Below are positions 18,171-28,300 of a stretch of DNA of 40,795 nt, piece by piece. Position numbers and translations under genes: made by a program. Below the pieces are notes generated by a model. That model was given only the letters and a program-made list of their open reading frames with translations, searched no databases and was not told the DNA's origin. The stretch is taken from NCBI GenBank assembly GCA_016928695.1, contig JAFGKF010000116.1, forward strand, positions 1 through 40,795. Direction: 5' to 3'. This DNA comes from Candidatus Sumerlaeota bacterium (GTDB taxonomy: Bacteria; Sumerlaeota; Sumerlaeia; JABWBI01). The first letter of the stretch is position 1; every line of letters starts with the position of its first letter.

Positions 18171-19928
18171 ATGCCCTCCACGCGATCTCACCTCGCCGAG
18201 CTCATCTGGCATCTCGCGCCGCTGGTCGTGATCGTGCCCACGGCGATCCTCGCGGTGTGGGGAAGCGCACTGCTCGGCCCCTCCTTCGATGAGCCGGCCG
18301 ACATCACCGCGGGCTACGTGTTCTGGAGATCGGGCGAGGAGCTCGAGGCCCCCGGTCGCCCGCTGCTCGGACTGATGCTCGAGTCGCTCGGCCTCTGGGT
18401 CACCTGGGGGGAGAACGTCGACGACTGGCCCGGTCTGCCCGAGCGCGATCTCGATCGCCTCACGGCCCACGTGCTCTCAGGCATCGTGCCCGTGCATCGG
18501 ATGCTGTGGTGGGCGCGCGTGCCGGGGATGCTGGCGATGGCTCTCACGGCGCTGCTCGTCCACCGCGGGGCGCTCGCCCTGTGGGGGCATCGCAGCACCG
18601 CGCTGCTGGCGACCACGCTCTTCTGTCTTCTCCCGAGCACACTGGCGCATGCCACGCGCGCCGACGGCGCGATGCTCTCGGCGATGTGGGTGTGTGCGGC
18701 GACGGTGGCCGGCTGGCGCTGGCTGTGCCGGGAGAGCTCGGGGTGGCCGGCGCTCGTCTATCTGATCGGGGGTCTGTTGACCGACTGGGCCCTCTGGCTC
18801 CTCATCCCCTTCGCCCTCGGCGTCGTCGCGGTGCGCGCCGCCGACACCCTGGCGGGGCGCCTCGAGCCTGCGCAGGATCCCACCCCCGATCCGCGCGCGA
18901 GCCGCGGTGACGGATGGGGAGGGGGTCTCGCCCGCGTGCTCCACGAGAGCCGGGTCTCGATGGCTCGTCTGCTGGTGGGCGCACTCGTCTTCTGGCTGGT
19001 GATCGTGGAGCTGACGGGCAACTGGCGGGTCTGGTGGGACCTGTGGCAGAGCGCGGTGGTTCACTGGACGCGCTGGCGCTCGGAGGCGCTGCCGCTCTTT
19101 TTCGCCGGGCAGTTCTATGCCCATGTGCCCCTCGCCTATCACCCCGCCCTGATTCTCCTGAAGACGCCGCTGTGGCTGTTTCTTCTCTGGGCTCTGGCGA
19201 TCGGGTGGTCGGGGGCGCTGCGCCCCCCCGCAAGGTGGCATGCGCTCCTCTATCTCCACGCGGGCGTGCTCTGGATGATCGCCGTCGGTTCACCGCTGCT
19301 GCCCGCGCGGGGGTATGCCGTCTGGGTGCCTCTGACACCGATTCTCTGCATGGTGGCCGCCGGGGCGCTGCCCACCGGGCCCGAGGCGCTGCGGCTCTCA
19401 CGCCGTGCCCTCACCGTCCGCTGGTTGGCGATCGCGCTCGCCCTCGGGGTGGGCACATGGACGATTTTGGAGAGTGCCCCCCACTGGCACGCGCAGTGGA
19501 ACACGGTGGCATGGCTCGACGGCGGCGGAAGGGTCTGGTTCGCCGCGCCCGAGAACGACGCGGGTCCGGCGATGCCCGCCGTCGCGGAGCATCTGCAGCT
19601 CAGCGGCGAAGGCGACGAGCTGATCTTCGTGGCGCACTGTGGACGCTGGTCGCCGACGAATCTGGGGCTGAAGTGCCTCTTTCTCCCGAGCCATGGGCTC
19701 TTGCTCGAACAGATGCACCGCTTCAAGATCACGGAGCCCCCGCCGGGGATCTACGTGATCGCCGCCTCGCTTCTCATGGGACAGGACTGCCTCTACCCGG
19801 GGACCTATCGCTGGTTCCGCGAGCGCCCCGCCGACCTCTGGATCGGCGGCACGGTGGGGCTGTGGACGGTGGAGGAGCCGGCGAGCGGGGAGACCGATGG
19901 TGCGGTCGGGTCGGAGGTCTCCGACTGA
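18171..19928 (+). CDS. GT-C fold membrane glycosyltransferase (ArnT/PMT-like)
   Basis: First TM followed by SFDEP acidic motif; many TMs; ARVP, LAHA..A..D, LLKTP segments seen in this family. Start taken as ATG 18171. Confidence 0.65.
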   Translation: MPSTRSHLAELIWHLAPLVVIVPTAILAVWGSALLGPSFDEPADITAGYVFWRSGEELEAPGRPLLGLMLESLGLWVTWGENVDDWPGLPERDLDRLTAHVLSGIVPVHRMLWWARVPGMLAMALTALLVHRGALALWGHRSTALLATTLFCLLPSTLAHATRADGAMLSAMWVCAATVAGWRWLCRESSGWPALVYLIGGLLTDWALWLLIPFALGVVAVRAADTLAGRLEPAQDPTPDPRASRGDGWGGGLARVLHESRVSMARLLVGALVFWLVIVELTGNWRVWWDLWQSAVVHWTRWRSEALPLFFAGQFYAHVPLAYHPALILLKTPLWLFLLWALAIGWSGALRPPARWHALLYLHAGVLWMIAVGSPLLPARGYAVWVPLTPILCMVAAGALPTGPEALRLSRRALTVRWLAIALALGVGTWTILESAPHWHAQWNTVAWLDGGGRVWFAAPENDAGPAMPAVAEHLQLSGEGDELIFVAHCGRWSPTNLGLKCLFLPSHGLLLEQMHRFKITEPPPGIYVIAASLLMGQDCLYPGTYRWFRERPADLWIGGTVGLWTVEEPASGETDGAVGSEVSD

Positions 19929-19932
19929 GCGG

Positions 19933-22221
19933 ATGAGACGACGCGCCCATCTCGCCCTGCGCCTCTTACTGCTCGCGCTCGTCGCCGTTCCGGTGCTCAC
20001 GCTCGTGCCGCGCCACCCGGTGAATGAGGGCAAGGTGTGGACGGGGATGATGCTCGCCCTGTTCGCCCTCGTCGTGGGCGGTGCGCTGATCTCCCTGTCG
20101 CCCGCCGCATGGGGTCGAATGCACCGCACGCTGCTGCCTGTGCTCGTGATCAACGCGGTGCTGTCGCTGTCGCCGCTGATTGCCTCGGATCCTCTTCTCG
20201 CGCTGGGCCGCTGGGGTGAGCTGGCCCTGTGGTCAGCCCTCATCCCCCTCGCCGCCGCGGTGAGCGGTCGCCGCTGGCTGCCCCGCCTGGGTGGCGCGGT
20301 GGCGCTCGCGGCGGGCCTGGCGTCGCTTCCTCTTCTGATCTCGCACCTGGATTGGTTCGGTCTCGCGCGTCTCGAGGCCGGGACGTTCGGCAATCGCAAT
20401 CAGCTCGGGCAGTTCCTGGCGATGGCGCTCTGGTTCGCTGTGGTGCCGCTCATGCGGAGGCGGGGAGTTGCCTGGCGGGCAGGGTGGATCGCCCTCTGCG
20501 CGGTGATCCTCTGCGCACTGCTTCTCACCCGCTCGAAGGGCGCGTGGATGGGCGCGGTGGTGGCCCCACTGATCCTGGGGGGGGCGATGGGATTGGGTCT
20601 TCTGCCGCGTTGGCGAGGGGAACTCTCTCGCCGGCTTTTGGCGCCGGCGCTTCTGCTCATGGGGGCGCTCGTCGTGCTCGCGGCTCTCAACGCCGACTCC
20701 CTGAGACGGGAGTGGGCGACGATCTCCTCCGATTCCCAGGGCATCGCCGTGCGCCGCATGCTCTGGAGCGGAACGGTGGAGATGATCGGCGACAGTCCTC
20801 TGCTCGGTGTGGGGATCGGCCAGTGGCCCCTGACGTTTCCCCCTCACATGGATCAGGAGCACTTCGCCTTCGAGGGCACCCGCCCGCGCGAGGCGCACAG
20901 CGACTGGCTGCAGATGATCGCGGAGACGGGGGCACTGGGTGCTCTGACGATGCTGTTGATTCTCGTCTGGGTCGGGCTTCAGTGCCGACGTGCGCTGAGG
21001 ACCCCCGAGGCCGCTGCGCCGACTCTGGCCCTTCTGGCTCTCGCCGTGATGGCGATGGTCGACTTCCCCCTTCAGCGCGCGGTGCCTCCGATTCTCGCGG
21101 CGATCCTGGTGGGATCCTTGGCGGGCTCGATGACAGGCGAGGGTGTGAAAACACAGGGGGTCCTCCCCCTGTGGTCGCGGTTGCCTCTGGCCGTCGCGCT
21201 GATCGCTCTCCTCCTCGGGGTGCCCTCACTGGCTCGCCGCCATGCCCTCGCTCACCATCTGGGCGAGGTGCGAGCCGCCCTCGAGGGGCACGGCGTGTCG
21301 TCGGACGAGACGCTCGCGCACATCCGTGCTGCGGTCGCCCTCGGGGCCTCACCCCTGGAGGCCGATCGCCTCGCGGCGACGGCGCTTCTGCTCGGCGCAC
21401 CGGATCTCGCCGAGGAGATCGGCGAGGCGGCACTCCACCGCGACTTCACGTGGTTCGATCACTGGCTGTGGCGGGCTGAGGCCCTCAGGGCAATGGGTGA
21501 GACCGAGCAGGCAGTTGTCAGCTCCCAGTGGGCCGTCGCGTTCGCGAATGGATCAGGGCGTGCGTGGCACACCCTGGGCCGATCGCACTGGGCGAACGGC
21601 GACCTCGCGGGGGCGGTCGATGCGCTCCGGGAGGCGCATCGTCTCATGCCGGGCAGCGACCTGGCGCTGCGTGACCTCGGGATCTGTCTGCTGGAGAGCC
21701 GCCGCTGGGACGAGGCGGCCGCGGTGATCCGCGAGAGCCTGGAGCGCAACTCGGAGAGTGCTCCCGAGTGGCGGTCCCTGGGCACTGCGCTTCTGGGTCT
21801 GGGCCAGCGCGAGGCCGCGGCGGAGGCCTTCTCGCAGGCGGTCGCGCTCGACTCCTCGCTGGTGACCGCGTGGCTTCAGTGGGCACAGGTGTCACTGGGG
21901 GAGGGTGAGAGCGCCGAGGCCGAGGCGATCCTGCGGCGTGGCCTCGAGGCGGCTCCCGACTCCGCGCCTCTGTGGGAGTTGCTCGCCACCTCGCTGGCCA
22001 CCCAGTGGAAGCTGGAGGAGGCCCATGAGGCCCTTGCCGAGGCACTTCGCATTGATCCCGGCTACGCACCCGCGTGGCGCGGGCAGGGATTTCTGCTCAG
22101 CCAGGAGGGGCGCCACAGGGAGGCGATCGAGTCGCTGAGGCGCGCCCATCAGCTTGATCCCGAGGACGATCTGACCCGCCAAGCCCTCGAGCGTCTCGGG
22201 GTGGAGATCCCCTCTCCCTGA
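19933..22221 (+). CDS. O-antigen ligase / oligosaccharyltransferase-like membrane protein with C-terminal TPRs
   Basis: GTFGNRNQLG, LLLTRSKGAW, RRMLW...MIGDSPLLGVGIG, EAHSDWLQMIAETGALG (Wzy_C), then several TPR units. Confidence 0.88.
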   Translation: MRRRAHLALRLLLLALVAVPVLTLVPRHPVNEGKVWTGMMLALFALVVGGALISLSPAAWGRMHRTLLPVLVINAVLSLSPLIASDPLLALGRWGELALWSALIPLAAAVSGRRWLPRLGGAVALAAGLASLPLLISHLDWFGLARLEAGTFGNRNQLGQFLAMALWFAVVPLMRRRGVAWRAGWIALCAVILCALLLTRSKGAWMGAVVAPLILGGAMGLGLLPRWRGELSRRLLAPALLLMGALVVLAALNADSLRREWATISSDSQGIAVRRMLWSGTVEMIGDSPLLGVGIGQWPLTFPPHMDQEHFAFEGTRPREAHSDWLQMIAETGALGALTMLLILVWVGLQCRRALRTPEAAAPTLALLALAVMAMVDFPLQRAVPPILAAILVGSLAGSMTGEGVKTQGVLPLWSRLPLAVALIALLLGVPSLARRHALAHHLGEVRAALEGHGVSSDETLAHIRAAVALGASPLEADRLAATALLLGAPDLAEEIGEAALHRDFTWFDHWLWRAEALRAMGETEQAVVSSQWAVAFANGSGRAWHTLGRSHWANGDLAGAVDALREAHRLMPGSDLALRDLGICLLESRRWDEAAAVIRESLERNSESAPEWRSLGTALLGLGQREAAAEAFSQAVALDSSLVTAWLQWAQVSLGEGESAEAEAILRRGLEAAPDSAPLWELLATSLATQWKLEEAHEALAEALRIDPGYAPAWRGQGFLLSQEGRHREAIESLRRAHQLDPEDDLTRQALERLGVEIPSP

Positions 22222-22244
22222 GCTGGCAAAAAGGCACTCTCGTG

Positions 22245-22274
22245 TTGACTGCTGGCACAGCGGGATCCTAGATT
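22245..22274 (+). promoter_or_regulatory. Putative sigma70 promoter of pilM
   Basis: TTGACT-18 nt-TAGATT. Confidence 0.5.
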
Positions 22275-22420
22275 GACGCTGGTTACAGGGACCCCCGGGG
22301 GGCTCCGCGCACCCCCACCCGCGGCTGCCTCGCCCCCCCGGCCGGGCATCTGGGTGGATGAATCGCCGACGTTGGACATGGCCGGCGAGACCCAATTCAC
22401 TGCTGCGAGACCTCACTGCT

Positions 22421-24478
22421 GTGGCAAATCTCAAGCGCTGTCTTGGCGTCGATCTCGGCGCCAACTCCGTCAAAGTCGTCGAGCTGCGCCGTGAAGGCGA
22501 CGCAGTGCGAATCGTCAGGGCGGTCACGAAACCCCTCGATCTTCTCCCCAACTCTCCCCCCGAGGAGCGCGCCGAGGCCACCTCCGCCGCCGTGCGCGAA
22601 CTCCTCCGGGAGGAGAAGATCGCCCTGAAGCAGGCGGTCTTCAGTGTCCCGGGCCAATCGGTCTTCATCAAGAGAGTGCGGCTTCCGCGCACGACCGAGG
22701 AGCGTCTCCACCGCATCATCAACTACGAGGCGCGCCAGCAGATCCCCTTCCCGCTCGACAAGACACTGCTCGAGTTTCAGATCTTCGACGAGCCCGGCGA
22801 TCCGCAGGTCGAGGTGCTCCTGGTCGCCATCAAGCGCGACTTCATCGAGAGCTTCATGCGCACGATCACGCGCTGTCGCCTCAAGCCGGTCGCCATCAGT
22901 GTCTCGAGCCTCGCGCTCTTCAACTACCATCTCTTCGACGGCGCCGCGCCGGACCTGCTGGGCCTGACGGCGAAGGCCGAGAGGGCCGAGCGCAGGAGCA
23001 AGGGCAAGAGGAAACGCCTCAGGCTCTCGCTGCGGCGCAGGAAGGGGGGCGCCGAGGAGGAGAAGGAGGAGGCCGCGGAGCACCCCGCGCCCCAGATGGT
23101 CGAGGAGGAGGACACCGACCTCGATCTCGGTGAGGAGACCGACCTCGACCTGGGCGAGGATGTGGATTTCGGGGACTTCGAGGACCTGGATCTCGGCGTC
23201 GAGGACGTCAAGGCGTTCCTCAACATCGGCGCCACCACCCTGGACATTGTGATCGCCCGCTTCGGCAAGCGCAAATCGCTGGGCTTCACCCGCTCGGTCC
23301 CCATCGCCGGAAATGAGATGACCAAGCTGGTGATGGATCGCCTGCGGCTGGAGTCGTTCGCCGAGGCCGAGGAGCTCAAGTGCACGCAGTGTGTCGCGGT
23401 CAGCGATGGGGTGGACCCGGGATCGCTGCTGCCCAATGCCAACGCCGAGGCCTCGAACGCGGCGACGGCCCTGATCAATCGACTGGTCGCGGAGATCCGC
23501 CGGACCCTGGACTTCTTTGTCTCGCAGCCCGACGGCGTCACCGTCGACTCCGTGGTGATCAGCGGCGGTGCATCGCAGATGCCCAATCTGGGTCCCTACA
23601 TTGAGGACAAGATCGGACTGCTGGTGGAGCGGGCCGAGGGCCCCACGAGCGAGCACCTGGTGACCGATGCCCAGCCCCGCGAGGGCTGGCACGGCTACTT
23701 CCCCGCCATCGGCCTCGCCCTCAGCGGGATGGGGCTCGGCAAGATCGCCATCGACTTCCTGCCGACCAACCTCAAGGACATCCGGCAGTTCAAGGGCAAG
23801 CTGGTGGAGATCGCCATTCTCGCCGGCTGCCTGGCTGTCTCGGTGGGCTTCGGCATGCAGATGGGCGAGGCGAACGTCGAGTGGTACGATCAGCGGATCC
23901 AGTCCATGCAGCAGAGTGTGATGCGAGCCCAGCCGATCGTGAATGACGGCGAGCAGGCCCTGGAGGCGCGCCGCCGCATCAAGACGCAGTTCGGGGAGCT
24001 GGCAAAGATGGTCCCCTGGCGGGAGTACTGGGCCAAGATCTATCTCGAGGTCATCAGCAACTGCCGGCCCTCCCAGGTCTTCCTGACCAATGTCGAGATG
24101 ACGGGGTATGGCCAGATCCTCATCCAGGGGCGCTCCTTCACCCCCGATGCCATCGCCACCTACGCGCAGCGCATCAACCAGGAGACCAGCGCGTACATCC
24201 AGACCGGTGAGGACCCGGCGACCCAGCTGCCGATGGTCGAGGTCTACACCGATCCGATCCCCCATGTCACTCAGCGCGGTGAGACGCAGACCGGCTTCAC
24301 CCTTTTCATGAGGACACACACCCGCACCAGCTCGCAGTCGGTGCCCTACCGCGATCTCTCCCCGCGCGCGGCGCTGGGGCTTCAGCAGGATGCGATGCGA
24401 GGGGGGGCTTTCCCCGGGGATCGCCGGGGTCAGCAGGGCAACCGCCGGCCCCAGCCGGGGGAGGCGTTCATGCGATGA
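22421..24478 (+). CDS. pilM: Type IV pilus assembly protein PilM fused to a PilN-like domain
   Basis: GTG start. LGVDLGANSVKVVEL, YEARQQIPFPL, EVLLVAIK, LNIGATT, FTRSVPIAGNEMT, EIRRTLDFF, ISGGAS, AIGLAL; then IDFLP (PilN motif), TM, coiled coil and periplasmic domain with no stop between. Confidence 0.9.
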   Translation: MANLKRCLGVDLGANSVKVVELRREGDAVRIVRAVTKPLDLLPNSPPEERAEATSAAVRELLREEKIALKQAVFSVPGQSVFIKRVRLPRTTEERLHRIINYEARQQIPFPLDKTLLEFQIFDEPGDPQVEVLLVAIKRDFIESFMRTITRCRLKPVAISVSSLALFNYHLFDGAAPDLLGLTAKAERAERRSKGKRKRLRLSLRRRKGGAEEEKEEAAEHPAPQMVEEEDTDLDLGEETDLDLGEDVDFGDFEDLDLGVEDVKAFLNIGATTLDIVIARFGKRKSLGFTRSVPIAGNEMTKLVMDRLRLESFAEAEELKCTQCVAVSDGVDPGSLLPNANAEASNAATALINRLVAEIRRTLDFFVSQPDGVTVDSVVISGGASQMPNLGPYIEDKIGLLVERAEGPTSEHLVTDAQPREGWHGYFPAIGLALSGMGLGKIAIDFLPTNLKDIRQFKGKLVEIAILAGCLAVSVGFGMQMGEANVEWYDQRIQSMQQSVMRAQPIVNDGEQALEARRRIKTQFGELAKMVPWREYWAKIYLEVISNCRPSQVFLTNVEMTGYGQILIQGRSFTPDAIATYAQRINQETSAYIQTGEDPATQLPMVEVYTDPIPHVTQRGETQTGFTLFMRTHTRTSSQSVPYRDLSPRAALGLQQDAMRGGAFPGDRRGQQGNRRPQPGEAFMR

Positions 24479-24530
24479 GCGCATGGAGGACGACGGGCCA
24501 ATGGACAGGCAAGAGAGGGTGATCTGAACC

Positions 24531-25085
24531 ATGGACCAGCTCAAACCCCTGCTCCGCAAGCTGCAGCGCAACGTCGACCGCGCAGCCATTGTGGTGTTCT
24601 TCATTCTCACCGGGGCGGTGGTCTACTTCTACCAGTCCGAGCAGAGCGCCCCGCCCGCCGAGGAGCCGCCCGAGATCCGCCCGACCCACCTTGATGTTCA
24701 GGTGGAATTTCCCGATGAGAGTTATCAGACAGTGATGACCACCCTGAGCTGGGGGGGTGATCTGTATGCCGACCGGCCGATTGACCGCAGCCACCCATTC
24801 TTCCCGATCATTGAGCAGAATCTTTTCCGTGAGCCCCTCACCATGCAGGAGCTGCATGAGCAGGCGCTCGAGCTGCTCGACGATGCCCGGACCGCATACG
24901 CCCAGGCCAGCCAGCCGGGCCAGAGCCCTGAGGAGGTCCGAGTCCAGCTGGAGCGGACCGTCAATCTGTGCAACCGTGTCATCGACATCTGGGCGGCCCA
25001 GAGCGGTGGCGCGGAGCAGACCGAGGCGCGCACCCTGCTCGAGAATGCCCAGGCGCTGCTTGACAGCATGGGAGCCACCCCATGA
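24531..25085 (+). CDS. Single-TM hypothetical protein in the PilO/PilP position
   Basis: N-terminal TM, Pro-rich linker, NLF motif, C-terminal helical hairpin; lies between pilMN and the secretin. Confidence 0.7.
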   Translation: MDQLKPLLRKLQRNVDRAAIVVFFILTGAVVYFYQSEQSAPPAEEPPEIRPTHLDVQVEFPDESYQTVMTTLSWGGDLYADRPIDRSHPFFPIIEQNLFREPLTMQELHEQALELLDDARTAYAQASQPGQSPEEVRVQLERTVNLCNRVIDIWAAQSGGAEQTEARTLLENAQALLDSMGATP

Positions 25086-25193
25086 GTGCGAACCAAGTCG
25101 TCGGGTCGGACCAGGCCCGAGAGGCCCCCTCCTCAGGGGCACGCCGGCAAGAGAGTCCCCCTCCCTCCTCCCCGGGAGGCCAACTCTCACAGC

Positions 25194-25221
25194 TTGACAG
25201 GTTGATTGTGGATTCTAGAGT
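25194..25221 (+). promoter_or_regulatory. Putative sigma70 promoter of the secretin gene
   Basis: TTGACA-16 nt-TAGAGT. Confidence 0.55.
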
Positions 25222-25318
25222 TACTACGCCTCCGGGTCGCCGGAGATCATTTGCCGTCAGGGGTCTGTTGGAGATTCACTGGCGCCGGACCACCCGCTCT
25301 CGAAGGAGTACCCGTCAC

Positions 25319-28300
25319 ATGCAGGTGACCAAGGCCCATCACCTCCGGAGATTCTGTGCTCTGGGGCTGACACTGGTGCTTGCCACTCTGGCACCATCGG
25401 CGATGGCTCAGACCACAGCCGGTGCCCCGATCAGTCAGGTGGCGGATCTTCTCGCCCAGGGAGATCAGGCCTTCCAGATCAGGGATTATGAGTCCGCTCT
25501 GCGCCACTACGCCACGGCAGCCCAGGTCGACCCCGACAGCCCCCTGGTCGTCGAGCGTCTTCAGGAGGCCCAGCGTCGAGAGGCGGCGCGCCAGCGTCTG
25601 CTGCTGACGGTCCCCGCCGAGCCCCAGGCACGCGAGCAGTTCCTGGAGCGGCGCCATCAGCAGGCGCTTGCGCTGCTGCACGACAACCGCCTGGAGGCGG
25701 CGGCGCAGCGCTTTGAGGAGATCTTCTTTGTCGACCCCGACTACCGGCGCGTCCGCAGGCAGCTCGAGCGCCTCGATGCCCAGCTCGCCGCGGAGGGGCT
25801 CGCCTCGTTCACTGAGCTGCCCACTGTCAGCCCCGGAGGCGCCGCGCAGCCGGTGCTCCCCGAGGACGAGACACGGATCGCTCAGATCGAGCGCGCCGAG
25901 TCCGAGGCGGAGACCGCCGCGCGCCGCGCGGCCGAGGCGGTCCAGTCGGAGCGCGATCGCGCGGCCGAGGTTCTCAGCGAGGCGACCATCAGTCAGGCTC
26001 TGCGCGATGGCCGCCGCGCCCTTCGCCGCGATGAGTACACCGAGGCGATTCGCCACGCCGAGACGGTGCTCGCGCTCGACCCCGCCAATGCGACGGCGCA
26101 GCGCCTGATCGAGGACGCCACCGCCGAGCGCGATGCCCATGCGATGGCCGAGCGCCGGGCGGAGCAGACAGCGGCCAACGAGGAGCAGGAGCAGCGCATC
26201 GAGGATCTCCTGGAGCAGGCGGAGGAGTATCTCGAGGACGAGCGCTTCGCCGAGGCGATCTCCACGGCGGAGATGGTTTTCGAGATCGAGGTCGACAACG
26301 CCGAGGCGCAGCGGTTCATCGCCCAGGTGAACGAGGCGGCGCAGGAGGCCGAGCGGGAGGCCCTCGAACGCCAGGCCCGGGAGCGTGAGGAGCAGATCAG
26401 CGATCTGCTGCGATCGGGTCGGCGCTCTCTGCGGCGTGACAACTTCGAGGAGGCCCAGACGGCCGCCGAGCAGGCTCTGGCCATGGACCCCTCCAATGCC
26501 GAGGCGGCCGAGCTGCTGAGCCAGGCCCAGGCGGGTGCCGCCGCTGTCGCGCAGGAGGCCGCCGCTCGCGATCTGGCCGAGCAGGTCGATGCTCTGCTGG
26601 ATCAGGCGAGACAGTGTCTCCGCGACGATGATTATCAGGCGGCGATCGATGCCGCCAACAGCGCCCTGGCTCTCGACGCAGAGAATGAGCGGGCCCGCGC
26701 GCTGATCGCCGATGCCCAGAGAGAGATGGCCGTGGCAGCCGATGCGGCTCAGGAGCGGCAGCTGGAGGGTCTGCTCGACCAAGCCCGCCGAAGCCTCCGC
26801 GCCGATGAGTGTGAGGCGGCCATCGCCACCGCGAACCAGGTGCTCGCGATCGACGCGGAGAATGACGAGGCCCGCGAGCTGATCGCCGATGCCCAGCGCG
26901 AGATGGCTGCGGCTGCTGCCGAGCAGGCCGCCGCGCAGAACGCGCAGAGGGTGGCGGAGCTGATCGACTCCGCCCGCGCCGCGATGGATGCGGGCGAGAA
27001 CGAGGCCGCCCTCGAGATGCTGCGCGAGGCGGAGTCACTCGATCCCGGCAACCGCGGCATCAGCCGCATGATCCGCCGGGCCGAGAGCGCCATCGCCGAT
27101 GCTCAGCGCGAGGCGCAGGAGGCCGAGCAGGTTCAGCGGCAGGAGACCGAGGAGGCCGACCAGGCCCGCGCGGAGGCTCTGGAGGACGCGCTTCGCCTGG
27201 CCGACCGGGCGCTCCGCCGCGAGCGCTACGAGGAGGCGATTGAGCACTATCAGGCGGCCCTGGCCGTGGCGCCTGATGATGCCGCCGCGGCCGAGGGGCT
27301 GGCCAATGCCGAGCAGGCGCTGGCCGCCATTCAGGCCGCTGAGGCCACCACCCAGGAGGCCGAGGCCCAGATCGCGGCCGGCGAGGCCGCCCTGCGTGAG
27401 GGCGATCTCGACGCCGCCGAGGCGGCATTCCAGATGGCCGGGGCTCTCGTCCCTGGCCTGGAGGCCGCTCAGGAAGGCCTCGGGCAGGTTGCCCAGGCGC
27501 GCGAGGAGGCCATGGAGCGGGCCCAGCTCGAGGCCATGCGCGAGGCCCGCGAGCGCGAGGATCAGATGCGGGCGCAGAGCGAGCAGCGTCTGGCCGAGGC
27601 CCAGAGCCTGTTGCAGGCCGGCCGCCTCAACGAGGCCGAGGGGGCCGTGCGTGAATCCCTCGCCCTGTGGCCCGAGAACACCCGTGCCCAGAGCACCCTG
27701 GGGCAAATCGATCGGATGCGCGAGCAGGCCGCTCAGGCTGAGGTCGACCGCGAGGCGCGCAACCGCGAGGCCCTTGTCAGCGGTCTTCTGGCGGAGGGTC
27801 GTCAGGCCTACGATCAGGGCGACGTGGTCGCCGCGGTCGAGAGCTGGACGCGCGTGGTGGAGATCGATCCCAACAACGACTACGCGCTGACGCTTCTGGA
27901 GAACACCGAGGCCGAGCACCGCGGCGCCCTGGCGCTCGAGCGGGCCGAGGCCGACCAGATGGCCCGCGAGCAGGAGATGCTCGAGCGGCTGAGCACCCCG
28001 ATCTCGATCACCACGCCGAGCGAGGGGACGCCGCTTCAGGTCTTCCTCGAGAACATCTCGATCTTCACCGATCTCAACTTCGTGATCGCCGACGGCGTGG
28101 AGGTGCAGGTCACCGGGGCGTTCGTGGAGCAGCCGCTGCGGCGGGTGCTGGACTCGGTGATCACGAACAACGGTCTGAGCTGGACGGTGGAGGACACGAT
28201 CATCTCGATCACGCCGAACCTGGTGACGCGCATGTGGACGCTGACGTCGGAGGACACGGCGTCGCTGGTGGTCTTCCGCGACTCGGGGATGCTCGACCGG

